NCBI RefSeq assembly: GCF_006345805.1
Contig: NW_021832243.1
Location: forward strand, 1 to 62,545
Reading direction: 5' to 3'
Length of the DNA stretch: 62,545 nucleotides
Source of the DNA: Octopus sinensis
Lineage: Eukaryota
Below, piece after piece: positions 1-13,789 of this stretch (position 1 is its first letter; each line of letters begins with the position of its first letter). The notes beneath the pieces were generated by a model. The model saw only the letters and a list, made by a program, of their open reading frames with translations. It made no database searches and had not been told where the DNA came from. Position numbers and translations under genes: made by a program.

Positions 1-1022
1 CGGAGTTATTGTATTTATTACCATTATTTTTATTCTTATTTGTGTGCATCTTAGGTTTATCTACTTCAATCTTATCCGGGTTACCTATGTTCTGGTCAAT
101 GCTTCTATTTTGAATTGTTGGCCTGTACTCTAGATTAGCGTTTACCGTTAATTTAATTCTACTTTTATTTCGGGCTTGGTCTTTTTTGCTGCTTACGTGA
201 TTACTGATACTTCATTATTAGGAATACGTGAGTTCTCCTTATCAATGAATGTAATCTTTTGGTTGTATCCAGCCTTAGTTAACGCCGCATTATAATGCTC
301 AGAATGGGAGTTAAATATATCCTTATTGGATGAAATTTTGAAATTCTTAATGAAATATTTCTTACTAAAATTCTATTATATTGGGGGATGATTTGATAAT
401 TATTTACGTAATTTATCGCCTGTGAATATGAAATCATCTCCATTCTCTGGAAATTTACATCTACACCATTGGAATCTGTGCATATATACAAAGGATTATT
501 CACCTCTCTGTAATGCTAATAAGCAGGAATTGAGACCCACCTCGTTGTAATTAACAATGGATAAATTTGTCTTCTGTGAGTATATAAATCCCTCATCATA
601 TCTATGGAAATTCATATGGATTAGGTCACTTCTCTGTGATGCTATCAAAACTTTTTTAAAATTCTGTGATAAGACTGTACATCATCTTTAAAGAACTTTA
701 ATGACTTTAGAAATCTGTTTAATTATCTACATTACTTCATGAGTATAGCCTCAAACACTAGGATGTCAGAGAACTTACATGTATTTTAGCTGATGAGTAC
801 GGGACTCGTTATATGCTGTAATCTTTGCAACTTTTAATAAAACCTGTCCTTGTATGAAACGATCGTACTAAAAACCTATCCATTCTTGTTGCTTCTTTCT
901 CGCTTAATAATCACCCCACATTACTGTATTGTTAAATCAGTATAGTTTTTTTTTGGTGCATCTAAGTTAGGTACCATATTCAAGTAAATTTTTTAAAATT
1001 AACTTGAATCTTTATTGCTCTT

Positions 1023-1068
<46 letters not shown>

Positions 1069-1070
<2 letters not shown>

Positions 1071-1938
1071 TGGGTGTTCGGGCTAAATTTAACAGTTGCA
1101 TAAAAACTCAAATCCCGTCCAAAATTACAGGTATTTTGAAAAATCAAAAACATATCCCCCAGGTTATGACTGGGAGATAACAGTTTACTCCTTCAGCGTC
1201 CATCAAGGCCTCAATACGGCTCCGGAACCAGTTGCATGCATTCCTCGCTGTGTTCCCGGGAATATTTTCGAACACCTCCTTGATCTTGATCGCTAGCTTG
1301 GCTTTGCTGTTGTTGGCAGAACGTTTGGTGCCTTTGTCAACCACGCCCCACATATTACAAGCGGGAGAATTAGGAAGCTAGAAACAGGTGCTTTGTTTGT
1401 TTGTTAGTTTATTGAGCGAACGGTCTTCGTCCCAGAGTGGGAGAAGTCCGAAACGTGGTCCTTTGCTATTCGTAAGACCCGCAGAAGAGAAAGCAGGTCA
1501 ACCCCCGACACTGAGAGCATCGACGGATGGATGAATGCGCACCCAGGCTCAGCGGTTGCGTAGGAAGTCGGGGACAAGAAACTGATGCTGGTGGTGAAGT
1601 CGTAGAAATTGTCCAACAACCATTTCTGACAAGCCAAATCCTACTGCCACACATGTGACCTTCTAGCAGCAACTTTCGCCAACCAGGGATTGACCACAAT
1701 CTCCAGGAGTTTCACGCAGCTGCCTGAATTGAGCGTAAGGCTCTGTTCATTACTCGTCGGATGAATTCCGGCTTGCGGACGCAGTTAGAACGTCCGTTGT
1801 ATTCTTTCCTGCTGACCACGGCTTTTGTCTTCTCATTTGCATCGCTCCATATCTCGTCTCGTAGCTTTACAGTGTTCACAGAGCACTGAGCAGCTGTCAC
1901 GATATCGGTATTTCGATATCAGGCGTATATCACAGTTA
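1069..1938 (-). mobile_element. Decayed, internally deleted Tc1/mariner transposon (maT/DD37D-like), interrupted by a retroelement 3' fragment
   Basis: Minus-strand peptides TAAQCSVNTVK..RKEYNGRSNCVRKPEFIRRV (N-term), VVNPWLAKVAARRSHVWQ*DLA/CQKWLLDNFYDFTT and PNSPACN..WGVVDKGTKRSANNSKAKL..ACNWFRSRIEALMDAEG (C-term) match mariner-type transposases. A TIR-like end (tgggtgttcgggctaaattt) abuts a (TA)n run. The 5' end is cut by a SINE. Confidence 0.8.
1391..1589 (-). mobile_element. ~200-bp non-LTR retroelement 3' fragment inserted in the transposase
   Basis: GC-richer segment splits the transposase between DFTT and PNSP and ends (minus strand) in aataaactaacaaacaaacaaa, a poly(A)-signal plus simple-repeat tail. 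Confidence 0.6.
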
Positions 1939-2143
1939 TACTCTTTTACTTGTTTCAGTCGTTTGACTGCGGCCATGCTGGAGCACCGCCTTTAATCGAG
2001 CAACTCGACCCCGGGACTTATTCTTTTGTAAGCCCAGTACTTATTCTATCGGTCTCTTTTTGCCGAACCGCTAAGTTACGGGGACGTAAACACACCACCA
2101 TCGGTTGTCAAGCGATGTTGGGGGGACAAACTCAGACACACAA

Positions 2144-2176
<33 letters not shown>

Positions 2177-2348
2177 CATATATACGATGGGCTTCTTTCA
2201 GTTTCCGTCTACCAAATCCACTCACAAGGCATTGGTCGGCCCGGGGCTATAGCAGAAGACACTTGCCCAAGGTGCCATGCAGTGGGACTGAACCCGGAAC
2301 CATGTGGTAGGTAAGCAAGCTACTTACCACACAGCCACTCCTGCGCCT
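1939..2348 (-). mobile_element. tRNA-derived SINE family 1, full length
   Basis: Head with A/B-box-like tggctgtgtggtaag..ggttccgggttcagtccc, a ccttgggcaagtg core-like block, an internal (TA/TG) tract and a (gtaaaaga)n tail. Many near-identical copies in the window. Confidence 0.9.
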
Positions 2349-2607
2349 ACACTGGTAACTTTTTTTCCAATATTCAGATACTTTCCATTCTCCATGTCAG
2401 CTAATCTTTTCTCAAATACAACTTAAATATTTATGCTCTCCAACGCCGTTAACTGTTCATCAATGCAGCAAGCTGTTCCTGAAAAAAGGGGCAAAAAACA
2501 TCGTCAAATTTATCCCGAACACTGAACACGCACACACACACACACACACACATATACACGCACATACACAAACACACACATGCACGGATACATGTCTTTA
2601 TAAGTAT

Positions 2608-3006
2608 ATTAGCAGTATCGCCCGGCGTTGCTCGGGTTTGTAAGGGAAATAACTATATAACCATTTTTAGAGAGTTATAGCCCAAAAATAGCAAAAAAAT
2701 GCATTAAAATGGAAAAAAAAATGATGGTAATTCTTTTTAAAAATCGTTGACTCATCGTAGACATTTTTAGAGAGTTACTTCCCTTATATAATAGCGAAAA
2801 AAATGCATTAAAATGGAAAAAAATGATGGTAAATTTTTTTTAAATCGCAGACTCATCGTAGACGCGTACTAATACCCAGAAGGGCTCGATATGAATCACG
2901 ACTATTAGATACCCGGTTTTGGTTAAACTGCACCGCAAAATGTGGGAGTAGTTAGGAATCTAAATCGTAGGAGACAGACACACGACTTCACTTTTATATA
3001 TAAAGA
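2608..3006 (-). mobile_element. Non-autonomous Helitron
   Basis: Minus strand starts a|TCtttatatataaaag and ends cccgagcaacgccgggcgatactgcta, the same 3' hairpin motif as the RepHel element end at 13439-13466. Confidence 0.7.
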
Positions 3007-3419
3007 TGTGTAAGCCAGAATAACGCAATTAGGGTTTAAAATTTACGACAGCAATTTCAGTAGAATTTTATTGATGTATCCATAGCATAAATCCGCAATC
3101 CCTTGGTAATATTTTAAAGAGGTATGAACAGGCAAGATAAGATCTTGATGATGACATATCCAACAGCTACCGGATAATTGATATTTTATAAAGAAATCCG
3201 AAGTATTACGAGAAGCAAATAGATGAAACGAACTCTATTATTTCAAGCAGTTAACTTAATTGGTTTTAACTTGCTACGAGGAAGTGCAAGAAACAGAGAC
3301 AAGCTGTGGTTAAGATGGGGCATTAAAACTCGGAAGATACCATGGCAGTCGTGTGGGATGAAAGAGAGCAGACCTCGGGCAGCAGGAATCCATACAACTG
3401 TCAACACCTTTGCGCGCTT

Positions 3420-3420
<1 letters not shown>

Positions 3421-3474
<54 letters not shown>

Positions 3475-3990
3475 ACACACACATACACACACACACAAAC
3501 ACACACACGCACACACACACACACAAAACACACACACACACACACAACACACACACGCACACACACACACACGCACGTACAGACAACTACATTCATGCAC
3601 ACTTATACATATGCTTACACCCCTCACACAAATGTACGCACACATACAGAAATATGTAAACACACATGCTTATATATATACACACATATACATACACTCA
3701 CGCATACAGACATATATATGCATTCATACACACACAACACACACACACATACATATACATATATATACACATAACCATACATATGTATATACGCACACAT
3801 GATACATAAATATACGCACATATACATACATACACCATACACACACATATACATATATATACACACATATATATACATATACACTAAGACGCACATATGT
3901 ATACTTGCACATGCTTGTGCTTGCACACGCAAACATGTACGCATATATATATATATATATATATATACACTAGCTCTCCACACAACCATG
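3421..3990. repeat. Compound (CA)n/(TA)n microsatellite
   Basis: Direct reading. It explains the HT/VC-rich ORFs. Confidence 0.95.
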
Positions 3991-4404
3991 TATTTATATA
4001 CTTATACAAAATATAAAGATATAAACCAAATCATATAATATAAAGAAAGAAATATAAAGGAGATATATAAGAAATCGTACATGGAGAGCTAATTTTACCT
4101 GAAGATATTGGATTATGCTATGAGATAATCTATGACTACATAAAGTTCGACTGAGACAGTTGTCGTAAACTTAAACCCGATTTGTGTTACCCTTTTAAAT
4201 ACCTACGCTGCATTTAGAACCAATCCCGAGACGGATCTACGCTTTGAATTGGCTTTGGTACTGACATATCTGCAATATCCTAGAAACACATGATACTTTC
4301 ATCGCTTTTTTAAACCTCATTTTGAACCCTATGTTACTGCACCTAACCAGTTCTGGCGTCCTACGTGTTGATGTGCCAGGATTCTAATGAACCATATGAC
4401 TAGT

Positions 4405-4695
4405 CGTTACATGCATGTATGCATGTTTGTTTTTATGTATGTAAGTATGTATGTATGTATGTATGTATGTATGTATGTATGTATGTATGTGTGTATGTAT
4501 ATATGTATGTATATATGTATATATGTGTGTATGTATGTATATATATATATATATGTGTGTATGTATATATGTGTGTATGTATATATGTGTGTATGTATGT
4601 ATGTATGCATGTATGTATGTGTGTGTGTATGTATATACGTATGTATGTATGTATGTATGTATATGTGTATGTATGTATGCATGTACGTATACATA
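4405..4695. repeat. (TATG)n/(TG)n microsatellite
   Basis: Direct reading. Confidence 0.95.
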
Positions 4696-4835
4696 TAACA
4701 GAAGACGAAACAGGTGTAAGAACAACAATCAAGTGTATTGGTTTAATGCTCAGGAAGAATGGTAGAGTCTTTCACGTTCAGAGCCTACGCTCCTCGACAG
4801 ATAAGATTAAGAGAAAGAAAAAAGTAGAGAAAATA
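4695..4835 (-). mobile_element. Diverged copy of the Penelope-like terminal-repeat family
   Basis: Reverse complement contains ctgtcgaggagcgtaggctctgaacgtgaaagac, homologous to the units at 5215-5700. Confidence 0.55.
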
Positions 4836-4839
4836 ATTG

Positions 4840-4872
<33 letters not shown>

Positions 4873-5114
4873 TAAATATATATATATGTGTGTGTATGTG
4901 TGTATATGTTAATGTTTGTTTATATGTTGATTTATAATTAAAGCCATTTTACATTAATATAATGCGCTGCAATGTACTTTTGCAGATTACAAATTCATTA
5001 TTCTTATAAGAGAATGTTGACATTTCACAGAACACTTATGCATGACAGTCTGATGACGTCTTAGCTGGTCGAAACTCGGAAGTCGATATGAACAGCATTC
5101 TTGTGCAAGAATAA

Positions 5115-5779
<665 letters not shown>

Positions 5780-6183
5780 CGTACACATATATGCTGCCCC
5801 CACTCACAAACTACTATAAATCAGTATTTACTAAGAAATATATTTAGTTTTAAACTAATTCACTCTACTTCGATCGGAGATTCAACTTTCAGTTGAATGG
5901 TAAATTCCTAAATGCATTGAAAGATGTAGTTTTAGTAAATATAACAAAACAGTCACTTAACTCATAAAAAATAATTCATTAAACACTTCTGGGACTCTTT
6001 TAATTTAGCACAATTTTAATAGTTTTATATCTGTGTCCTGAGGGTTTGGGAGGAATCATTAAATGGTTGTTAATCAATCGATCTCTTTTGCTCTTTATGT
6101 TCCTCACTCTGTATTCCTATATCATTCTCTTTGTCTCTCCCTCTCTCTCTTTCTCTCTGGTTCGGTTATACAACATACAACCC

Positions 6184-6407
6184 TTTTACTCTTTTACTCT
6201 TTTACTCTTTTTACTTGTTTCAGTCATTTGACTGCGGCGATGCTGGAGCACCGCCTTTAATCGAGCAACTCGACCCCGGGACTTATTCTTTTGTAAGCCC
6301 AACACTTATTCTATCGTTCTCTTTTGCCGAACCGCTAAGTAACGGGGACATAAACACACCAGCATCGGTTGTCAAGCAATGCTAGGAGGACAAACGCAGA
6401 CACACAA

Positions 6408-6439
<32 letters not shown>

Positions 6440-6440
6440 T
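6184..6440 (-). mobile_element. SINE family 1, 3' half
   Basis: Matches the tail half of 1939-2348. Confidence 0.85.
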
Positions 6441-6641
6441 TACACGAAAAAATCAATTGCTCATTTCCCGTGTATTCCATTTTCCGTCTCTATCATTTGT
6501 TATATATACTCTGAGGAATTCCCGAGGTAGATCCAGTGATAATCGTCTAATTACCGTGTATAATGTCAGGTAGCCATAGGTATGAACGTGCTTTTTCTGC
6601 GTGCTATTAGAAACATATACTTTTATATATAATATATATAT

Positions 6642-6736
<95 letters not shown>

Positions 6737-6744
6737 AATATAAA

Positions 6745-6993
6745 AGGAGTGGTTGTGTGGTAAGAAGCTGGTTTCCCAACCATATGGTTCCGGGTTCAGT
6801 CCCACTGCGTGGTACCTTGGGCAAGTGTCTTTTACTATAGCCTCGGGCCGACCAAAGCCTTGTGAGTGGATTTGGTAGACGGAAACTGAAAGAAGTCCGT
6901 CGTATATATGTATATATATGTGAATGAATGTATTTGTTATTTGTGTCTGTGTTTGTCCCCCTCACCATCGCTTGAAACCGATGTTGGTGTGTT
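6745..6993 (+). mobile_element. SINE family 1, 5' part
   Basis: Matches the head and core of 1939-2348. Confidence 0.85.
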
Positions 6994-7275
6994 ATGTGCT
7001 TAGATCTTGGGTGCATACAGGTGGTGTTATATTTATTTTTCTGCTTAAACAGAGTGTTGGTGACAATCAGATTATTCTCAGTACAAAACGTCAAAAGAGT
7101 TACTCCATTTTTATTATATTCTCCAATCCCAATTCGACCTAAAACAGGGCATGAAACATAGTCCTTTCCAACTCTTGCATTGAAATCTCCCTATATGACT
7201 AGCTTGTCAGAAATTGGTGCTTTCCTCAAGAATTGTGCTAGATCATCATAGTAAAAATCGTAAATGAGTTCGCAG
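6994..7275 (-). mobile_element. RTE-type LINE AP-endonuclease fragment
   Basis: Translates to FYYDDLAQFLRKAP..GDFNARVGKD..LGRIGIGEYNKNGVTLLTFCTENNLIVTNTLFKQKNKYNTTCMHPRSKH, the APE motifs typical of RTE/BovB-like ORFs. Confidence 0.8.
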
Positions 7276-7553
7276 ACGTATTCATATCACATGATTTCGA
7301 ACCCTGTAATAAACACTTAGTCCTGATTAGTGCATATTACTGCCGAGGGCTAAATATACCCGCATTACCATGTGGGTATTGACCATATGAATGTAGCGGC
7401 AAATTCAAAATGATCGAAGTGAATAAAATTATAAAAATATATTAAGATATTATTATTAATAAATAATAATATTTATTAGTGGCTAGTAAGTAGAAACTAA
7501 TGCAAAAGGTAAAATTATTAATTTATAGTCAGTGTACTAGAAAGTACACGGCA

Positions 7554-7699
7554 TTGCTAGGAAGAAGAGTTCAAATGGCTCAAGAACCACAGTAAACTAG
7601 TAAGTTGGGGTTTCTTATATACTAGTTTTTTTGAATTCACCAGTGTGAATAAATGATTTAGTGTGGTTCTTGAGCAATTTGAATCCTTATTCCGAGCAA
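7554..7699. repeat. Small foldback/MITE-like inverted repeat (~43-bp imperfect arms)
   Basis: ttgctaggaagaagagttcaaatggctcaagaaccacagtaaa pairs with tttagtgtggttcttgagcaatttgaatccttattccgagcaa. Confidence 0.65.
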
Positions 7700-7811
7700 A
7701 GCTATATACTATCTTGTACATAAGGAAATAATTTTATTTTCAAATGCAGAATAATGCTAATAATATAGCATGAACAAGATAAACTGTCCATATTTTGCAG
7801 TAAAAAAAACG

Positions 7812-7890
7812 TCGGTCGCCAGCCATGAGATTCGAACTTACATCCCTGTGATTACGCGTCAAGTGCTTTACAATTAAGCTAAACTTTCTA
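7812..7890 (-). pseudogene. Degenerate tRNA-like sequence (Thr-CGT-like anticodon loop)
   Basis: Minus strand tagcttaattgtaaagcacttgacgCGTaatcacagggatgtaagttcgaatctc has A-box and B-box (gttcgaatc) like segments, but the acceptor stem is poor. Confidence 0.4.
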
Positions 7891-8084
7891 GCGACAAATC
7901 CGTGTGAAATTTATAAGACACTATAGTACGTTAAATTGAATTTACAGGTTGAACGTTAACAAAGTTTGCTTTAGAAGCGTTGAGATGTACTGAAAAGTAC
8001 AGATAAGGAAATAATTTTTATTCTCAAACGTAGATTTCTGCAAGATACAGATAATTTATCCTGTTCATGCTATGATAGGTGTAT

Positions 8085-8195
8085 AAACAACAGACAAGTG
8101 TATTAGTTTGACGTTCGGGAAGGTGAGAAAGTCTTTCACGTTTCGTGCCTACGCTCTTCAACAGAAAGGAATATGCAGAAATAAACAAAGAGAGG
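8085..8195 (-). mobile_element. Penelope-like terminal-repeat family copy
   Basis: Reverse complement ctttCTGTTGAagagcgtaggcacGAAACGTgaaag at 8133-8168. Confidence 0.6.
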
Positions 8196-8314
8196 ATATC
8201 TTGCGTGTGGGAATAAAATTATTTTCTTATCTGTATCTTCAATACATCTCAACGCTTCTAAAACAAACTTAGTTGACTTTCAACGTAAGTTGAATAATAT
8301 ATATATATATATAT

Positions 8315-8394
<80 letters not shown>

Positions 8395-8426
8395 TTTTGT
8401 GTATAGAGATACCTCTAAAAGGATGT

Positions 8427-9415
8427 TGCCGATTTAATCTTATATATCGATGTAATAGTTCAACAGTCCAGTAGAACTTAATAGTATTGGTGTTTATTGT
8501 TTAAATAGGCGCCAATTAAGTATATTACGGACTTCAATGATTGATACATTTCGATATAATATATTATAAGGAAAAAAGGAGAGTTTTAACTGATAAAATT
8601 TACCTTTTGTTAAATTTCTCTGTAACCGACAATTGTTTCCATAGTTAACTCAATCAATTACAAATTAATAAATTAAAAATTAAAAAACTTGGATCTTGAA
8701 ATAGCGAGTTAAATATTTCCTCAGAGTGACAATTAGACATATATAAGACTCACATCATAAACGAACGGGTGATGGTCGACGTATTCATCATGACAATAAT
8801 CTTTGAGTGTTAACTTTGGAAACAATTGTAGGTTACAGAGAATTTTGAAAAATGTAAATAAATTGAATTTTTATCAGTTAAGATTCTCCATGTTCTCCTT
8901 ATAATATATATATATATATCTTATATATATATATATATATTATAAGGAGAACTGGAGAGTTTTAACTGATAAAATTCAATTTATTTACATTTTGTCAAAA
9001 TTCTCTGTAACCTACAATTGTTTCCAAAGTTAACACTCAAAGATTATTGTCATGATGAATATGTCGACCATCACCCGTTCGTTTATGATGTGAGTCTTAT
9101 ATATGTCTAATTGTCACTCTGAGGAAATATTTAACTCGCTATTTCAAGATCCAAGTTTTTAATTTTTTATTTATTAATTTGTAATTGATTGAGGTAACTA
9201 TAAAAACAACTGTAGATTACAAAGAAAATTGACAAAAGGTAAATTTTATCAGTTAAAACTCTTCATTTTTCCTTATAATATATTATATCGAAATGTATTA
9301 ATCATTGAAGTCCGTAATATACTTAATTGGCGCCTATTTAAACAATAAACACCAATACTATTAAGTTCTACTGGACTGTTGAACTATTACATCGATATAT
9401 AAGATTAAATCGGCA
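8427..9415. repeat. ~1-kb palindrome (two ~480-bp inverted arms around a (TA)n loop)
   Basis: 8427-~8905 is the reverse complement of ~8941-9415 with few mismatches (e.g. tgccgatttaatcttatatatcgatg / catcgatatataagattaaatcggca). Confidence 0.9.
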
Positions 9416-10359
9416 TGTGTGTATGTGTGTGTATTCGCTTTTCACGTGAAAACGGCTGCACGAATTGCTTCCATACATGGGATGCATGAATAATTTGACT
9501 TCGGATACATAATAGGGTTGATTTTTTCTTATTAAAAAATAAATAATATTGCTTTCTATAAATGATTGATTGCTTTAAAAATGTTTCTCACTGTCAACTT
9601 GCGGTACTGACAGAGCAACGGCGAAGTTTTCCGTTTTCATTTGCAAAATCTCTCACTCTCTATTTTAATGTTTTCATTTCAAGTTTTCATTCGCTATTTG
9701 CAAACAACTATGTTAAATTACTGTAAGAAATATTTACTAAGTTCACAAATTTAAATATTCGGTGGAAACGAGCTTTTATTTATACGTTTTTCATTTCGTA
9801 TTTATTTCATTCATTGTTTGCAATGTACTCGCTCCCCACCCTCTCTCTCACACACACACAAGTCAGTCACACACGCACACGTGTGCTTTTGTATGTATGT
9901 TTGTATAAATTTATGCATGTGTGTCTGTGTATGTGTGTGTGTGTGCGAGAGAGAGAGAGGGGAGAGAAAGAGAGAGTGAGTCAGACAATGGGTCTGTTGT
10001 CTTGTATACGTACCTACATAAATATATATGTATACATCATTTTTGAATGTATGTATGCTTGTGTGTGAGAGAGACAGAGATGTTTAAGTGGCACTCTCTC
10101 TCTCTCACACACATGCACACATGCATACAAAAATTACTCACGCACACATACATACAAAATAGGTATGTATGTACGTATACATGACAACACACGTCTTCTC
10201 TCTCTCTCTCTTACACCCGTCCATGTCACCTGATGTTTGATACTGTATGTTTATATGTGTGTATGCGTGGGGCGTTCCACAATCGCCATTTATTTCATTC
10301 ACTCTTGTGAAGATATTCACGTAACTCATTTTGTCATTTAATCCCCATTTTAATTTTCG

Positions 10360-13221
10360 AAAAAGTTTCCGAGAACAATGTTCTCACTCTCTGCAAGAGG
10401 AGACGGGTAGAAGTAGATGATAAGTATTCTACAGGGAAGCAAAGACGAATACAAGTAGCCAGAGTCAAGGCTGAATTCAGCAACTCTGTTTGCTGTATCA
10501 AGTATGTTTGCAAATATATAAACAAATGTTTAGATGCTGCAACACACACTCTTAAAAATGACGAAGATGCAAGCGTGGCTGTCTGGTAGAAGCTTGCTTC
10601 CCAACCACTTGGTTCTGGGTCCAGTCCCACTGCGTGGCACCTTGGGCAAGTGTCTTCTACTATAGCTTCGGGCCAACTAAAGCCTTGCGAGTGGATTTAG
10701 TAGACGGAAACTGAAAGAAGCCCGTCGTATATATATATATTATATATATATGTATGTGTGTGTGTATTTGTGTCTTTGTGTTTGTTTGTCACCCCACCAT
10801 CGACGTTGATGTGTTTACGTCCCCATAATTTAGCGGTTCTACAAAAGAAACCGATAGAATAAGTACCAGGTTTACAAATAATATGTCCAGGGGTCGATTT
10901 CTTCGACTAAAAGGCGGTGCTCCAGTATGGCCACAGTCAAAATGACTGAAACAAGTAAAAAAATTAACGAAGAATGCACTGTATGACCGAGGGCGATACG
11001 TAAGTACCAATGAGGCTTTTTGGTGCATCTTTAATTTTCCCATTCATGAGAGGCACCTATCCATCACCTATCTGAGTTTCCATCTAGAGAATGGCCACAG
11101 CGTTATTTAACAAAACAAACAGCCTTTCATGAAACTCTTTCTCCAAGAGAAACTACTCTTACTGCTTTTTTAAGTTGCAAGAAAACTCCTTTACCCACAA
11201 TTACCCAAGTATTACACCTGAAGAAACAATATTTGGCGCAAGAGGAAATGTGGGGCTGACGCTCTTGTAAGAGTTTACAGTGTCCCTACCAAGCCAAGTA
11301 GAATGCTATTACTTACGGATCCTTTAGCATGAAGTACGTGGTCCCAAATCATTCCAAGATTCGAGGAGGGTAAATGGTCATGTGCGTGAAACTTATAGGG
11401 AGGCATGCTATCAACAAGGTTTTTTTTGAAAGATGATGAGGATTGATTGAAGCATCAGTATCAGATTCTCCAAGGAAACTCTAACCGTTTTGCAATTATA
11501 CTGAACATGTGTCAGTCTCCCCTGGTCTTTGGATGAAACATCGTGAGGACATGGCTGAGGACTTAAAGTAAGCAGTTCAGTAGGCAAACCCCAGATATCA
11601 ATATTCAGTTCTCTGAAACAATTTTTAATCAAACACTGATTGAAACTGAGGATCAAGTTTTGGCTATGGGAGGCAAACATTTGCAAGGTGATTGCTCTGA
11701 ACTGCCAAAAACAAACCGTCAAATTGGTGATTTAACTTCAAGAGACATAGTTAGAGGGACAAATTATGACATCACAGACTCGGCTGCATTTGTGAATGAA
11801 CATAAACCTAAACTTCTTCCAGAACAACGCTGTGCATATGATATAATTATTTCGTTAGTCAGAGAAAAAATCGGAGGAATTTTCTTTCTTGATGTTCCTG
11901 GTGGCACAGGTAAAACGTTTGCAACAACATTGCTTCTCTCCAAGGTAAGGCAACAAAAAGAATTGCAGTTGCTGTAGTATCGTCTGGCATTGCTTCCACC
12001 CTTCTCCCAGGAGGACGAACAGCTCATTCTGTTTTTAAATTGCTGCTAAACCTGGTCACAAACGGCAGTCCAGTTTGTGACGTAAGCAAAGGTTTAGGTT
12101 CATCAGAAGTGTTGCGCCAATGCCACCTGATCGTTTGGGATGAATGCGCCATGTCACATACTGGTGCAATGGAAGCTCTTGATGAGACCTTACAAGACAT
12201 AAGAGGCAACAATAAATCTATGGGAAGAGTCACATTAGTTTTATCAGGTGACTTCAGACAGACATTACCAGTCATTCCGAGACGAACAAGATCTGATGAA
12301 ATAAAAGCATGAATTAAGTCTTCACACGTATGGAATAAAGTACAGGAATTCTCCTTCAATACTGACATGCGAGCTTTATTACACGGGGACCAATGTGCAG
12401 AACAGTCTTCAGCCTGACTCTTCCAATTAGGAAATGGGAAAGTACCATTTGATGGGAATGGTGATATCAGTTTGGCTTATATTGCTATCATGGCGAATTC
12501 CCCAGCTGAATTGAAGAACAGGGTATTTCCAGACTTAAGTAATAATTATAATTCACATAAATGGTTGTGTGAAAGGGCAATTCTTACTCCAAGCAATGAA
12601 ACAGTTGCAATAAGGTTCCAACAGCCATTAAGGAGTACAAATCATTTGATTTAGTTCTTGATGAAAATAAAGCTGTCCATTACCCAACAGAGTTCCTTAA
12701 TTCTTTTGAGTCACTTGGAACTTCTCGAAATAATTTTTTTCTGATGATAGGTGTCCTAAAAACGCTTCTAAGAAAATTAGATCCTCCTAAATTATGCAAT
12801 GGCACAAGGTTGATCGTGAAGACATTATCACCTAATGTGTTAGAAACTAGCATCATCAGTAGATGTGCCTCTGGGGAAAAAGTTTTCATTCCAAGATTTC
12901 CAATCGAACCAACAGACATACCATTTGAGATCGACCGAGCACGATCACATTTCCCAGCGCAACTTTGCTTCGCAATGTCTAATAATAAAACTCAAAGTCA
13001 GAATTTGAAATCTACTGGCTTGCATTTAATTGAGCCTTGCTTTTCTCATGCTCAACTTTATGTTGATTACTTCAGGGTAAGTAGTTTGCAAGACTTATTT
13101 GCCTATGCTCCAATGTAGAAAACAAAGAATGATGTTTACCCAGAAGCTCTTACGTAATTTCCTCCAAAATATGCGATAGAATTAATCTCCCTTCAGAAAA
13201 GTGGTAAATTTCGTATTTTCG

Positions 13222-13284
<63 letters not shown>

Positions 13285-13466
13285 TAATTATTAGTTTTTT
13301 TTTTACTTATTATTATTATTTTTGCCTTGTGAATTCAGAATTGATTTCCCATTTGAAGAATAAATTGAATTTAGAATAAGAAATTTCTATACAACATATT
13401 TTGCATTTTCCTTCCAATATATAAGGAACAATTTTATTCCCGGGCAACGCCGAAGGCCTATGCTAG
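10360..13466 (+). mobile_element. Decayed Helitron (Rep C-terminus plus Pif1-like helicase) with intact 3' end
   Basis: EFSNSVCCIKYVCKYINK, GRYVSTNEAFWCIFNFPIHER..HLENG, FFLDVPGGTGKT (Walker A), LIVWDECAM, GDFRQTLPVI, KLCNGTRL, CFAMSNNKTQSQ. Many stops and frameshifts; helicase stop at 13155-13157. Ends cccgggcaacgccg..gCTAG|t at 13466. Confidence 0.9.
10572..10960 (+). mobile_element. SINE family 1 inserted in the Helitron
   Basis: Homologous to 1939-2348. Confidence 0.85.
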
Positions 13467-13789
13467 TATATATATATATATACGCACATAGACAGCACAT
13501 TATAGACCTCAGGTGGGACACATAGATGTTCCACAATTTTATAGAGAGTTTTCTCTATAAAATGTGTTTAAATATATTCTTTTACTTTTACTTGCTTCAG
13601 TTCTTTGACTGCTGGAACATCGCCTTGAAAATGTGTGTTGTGTATATTTTAAAGAGAGTTTTCCTAATTCAATAGAGTAATTATGTTAGTGGTCACTGCA
13701 CCACTTACTTAGACATACACGTGCTCAGCTACACCCCTCCCCATACACACATGCAGTTATAGCACACATGCTTCAATGTAAATTGTAAA

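Noticed and set aside
788-812. CTGATGAgtacgggactc as a hammerhead
   Set aside because: No GAAA follows the stem.
1-1020. Possible decayed RT or viral ORF on the minus strand (KSFDSI, GDDFIFTG-like words; 74-aa ORF 279-503)
   Set aside because: The motifs lie in different frames with many stops and I could not assemble a coherent domain. A translated search is needed.
2350-4275. Minus-strand exon-like segments (acceptor at ~2490; 4272-4100 with donor cag|gtaaaa)
   Set aside because: In-frame stops in all frames or no matching splice partner, and no recognisable protein.
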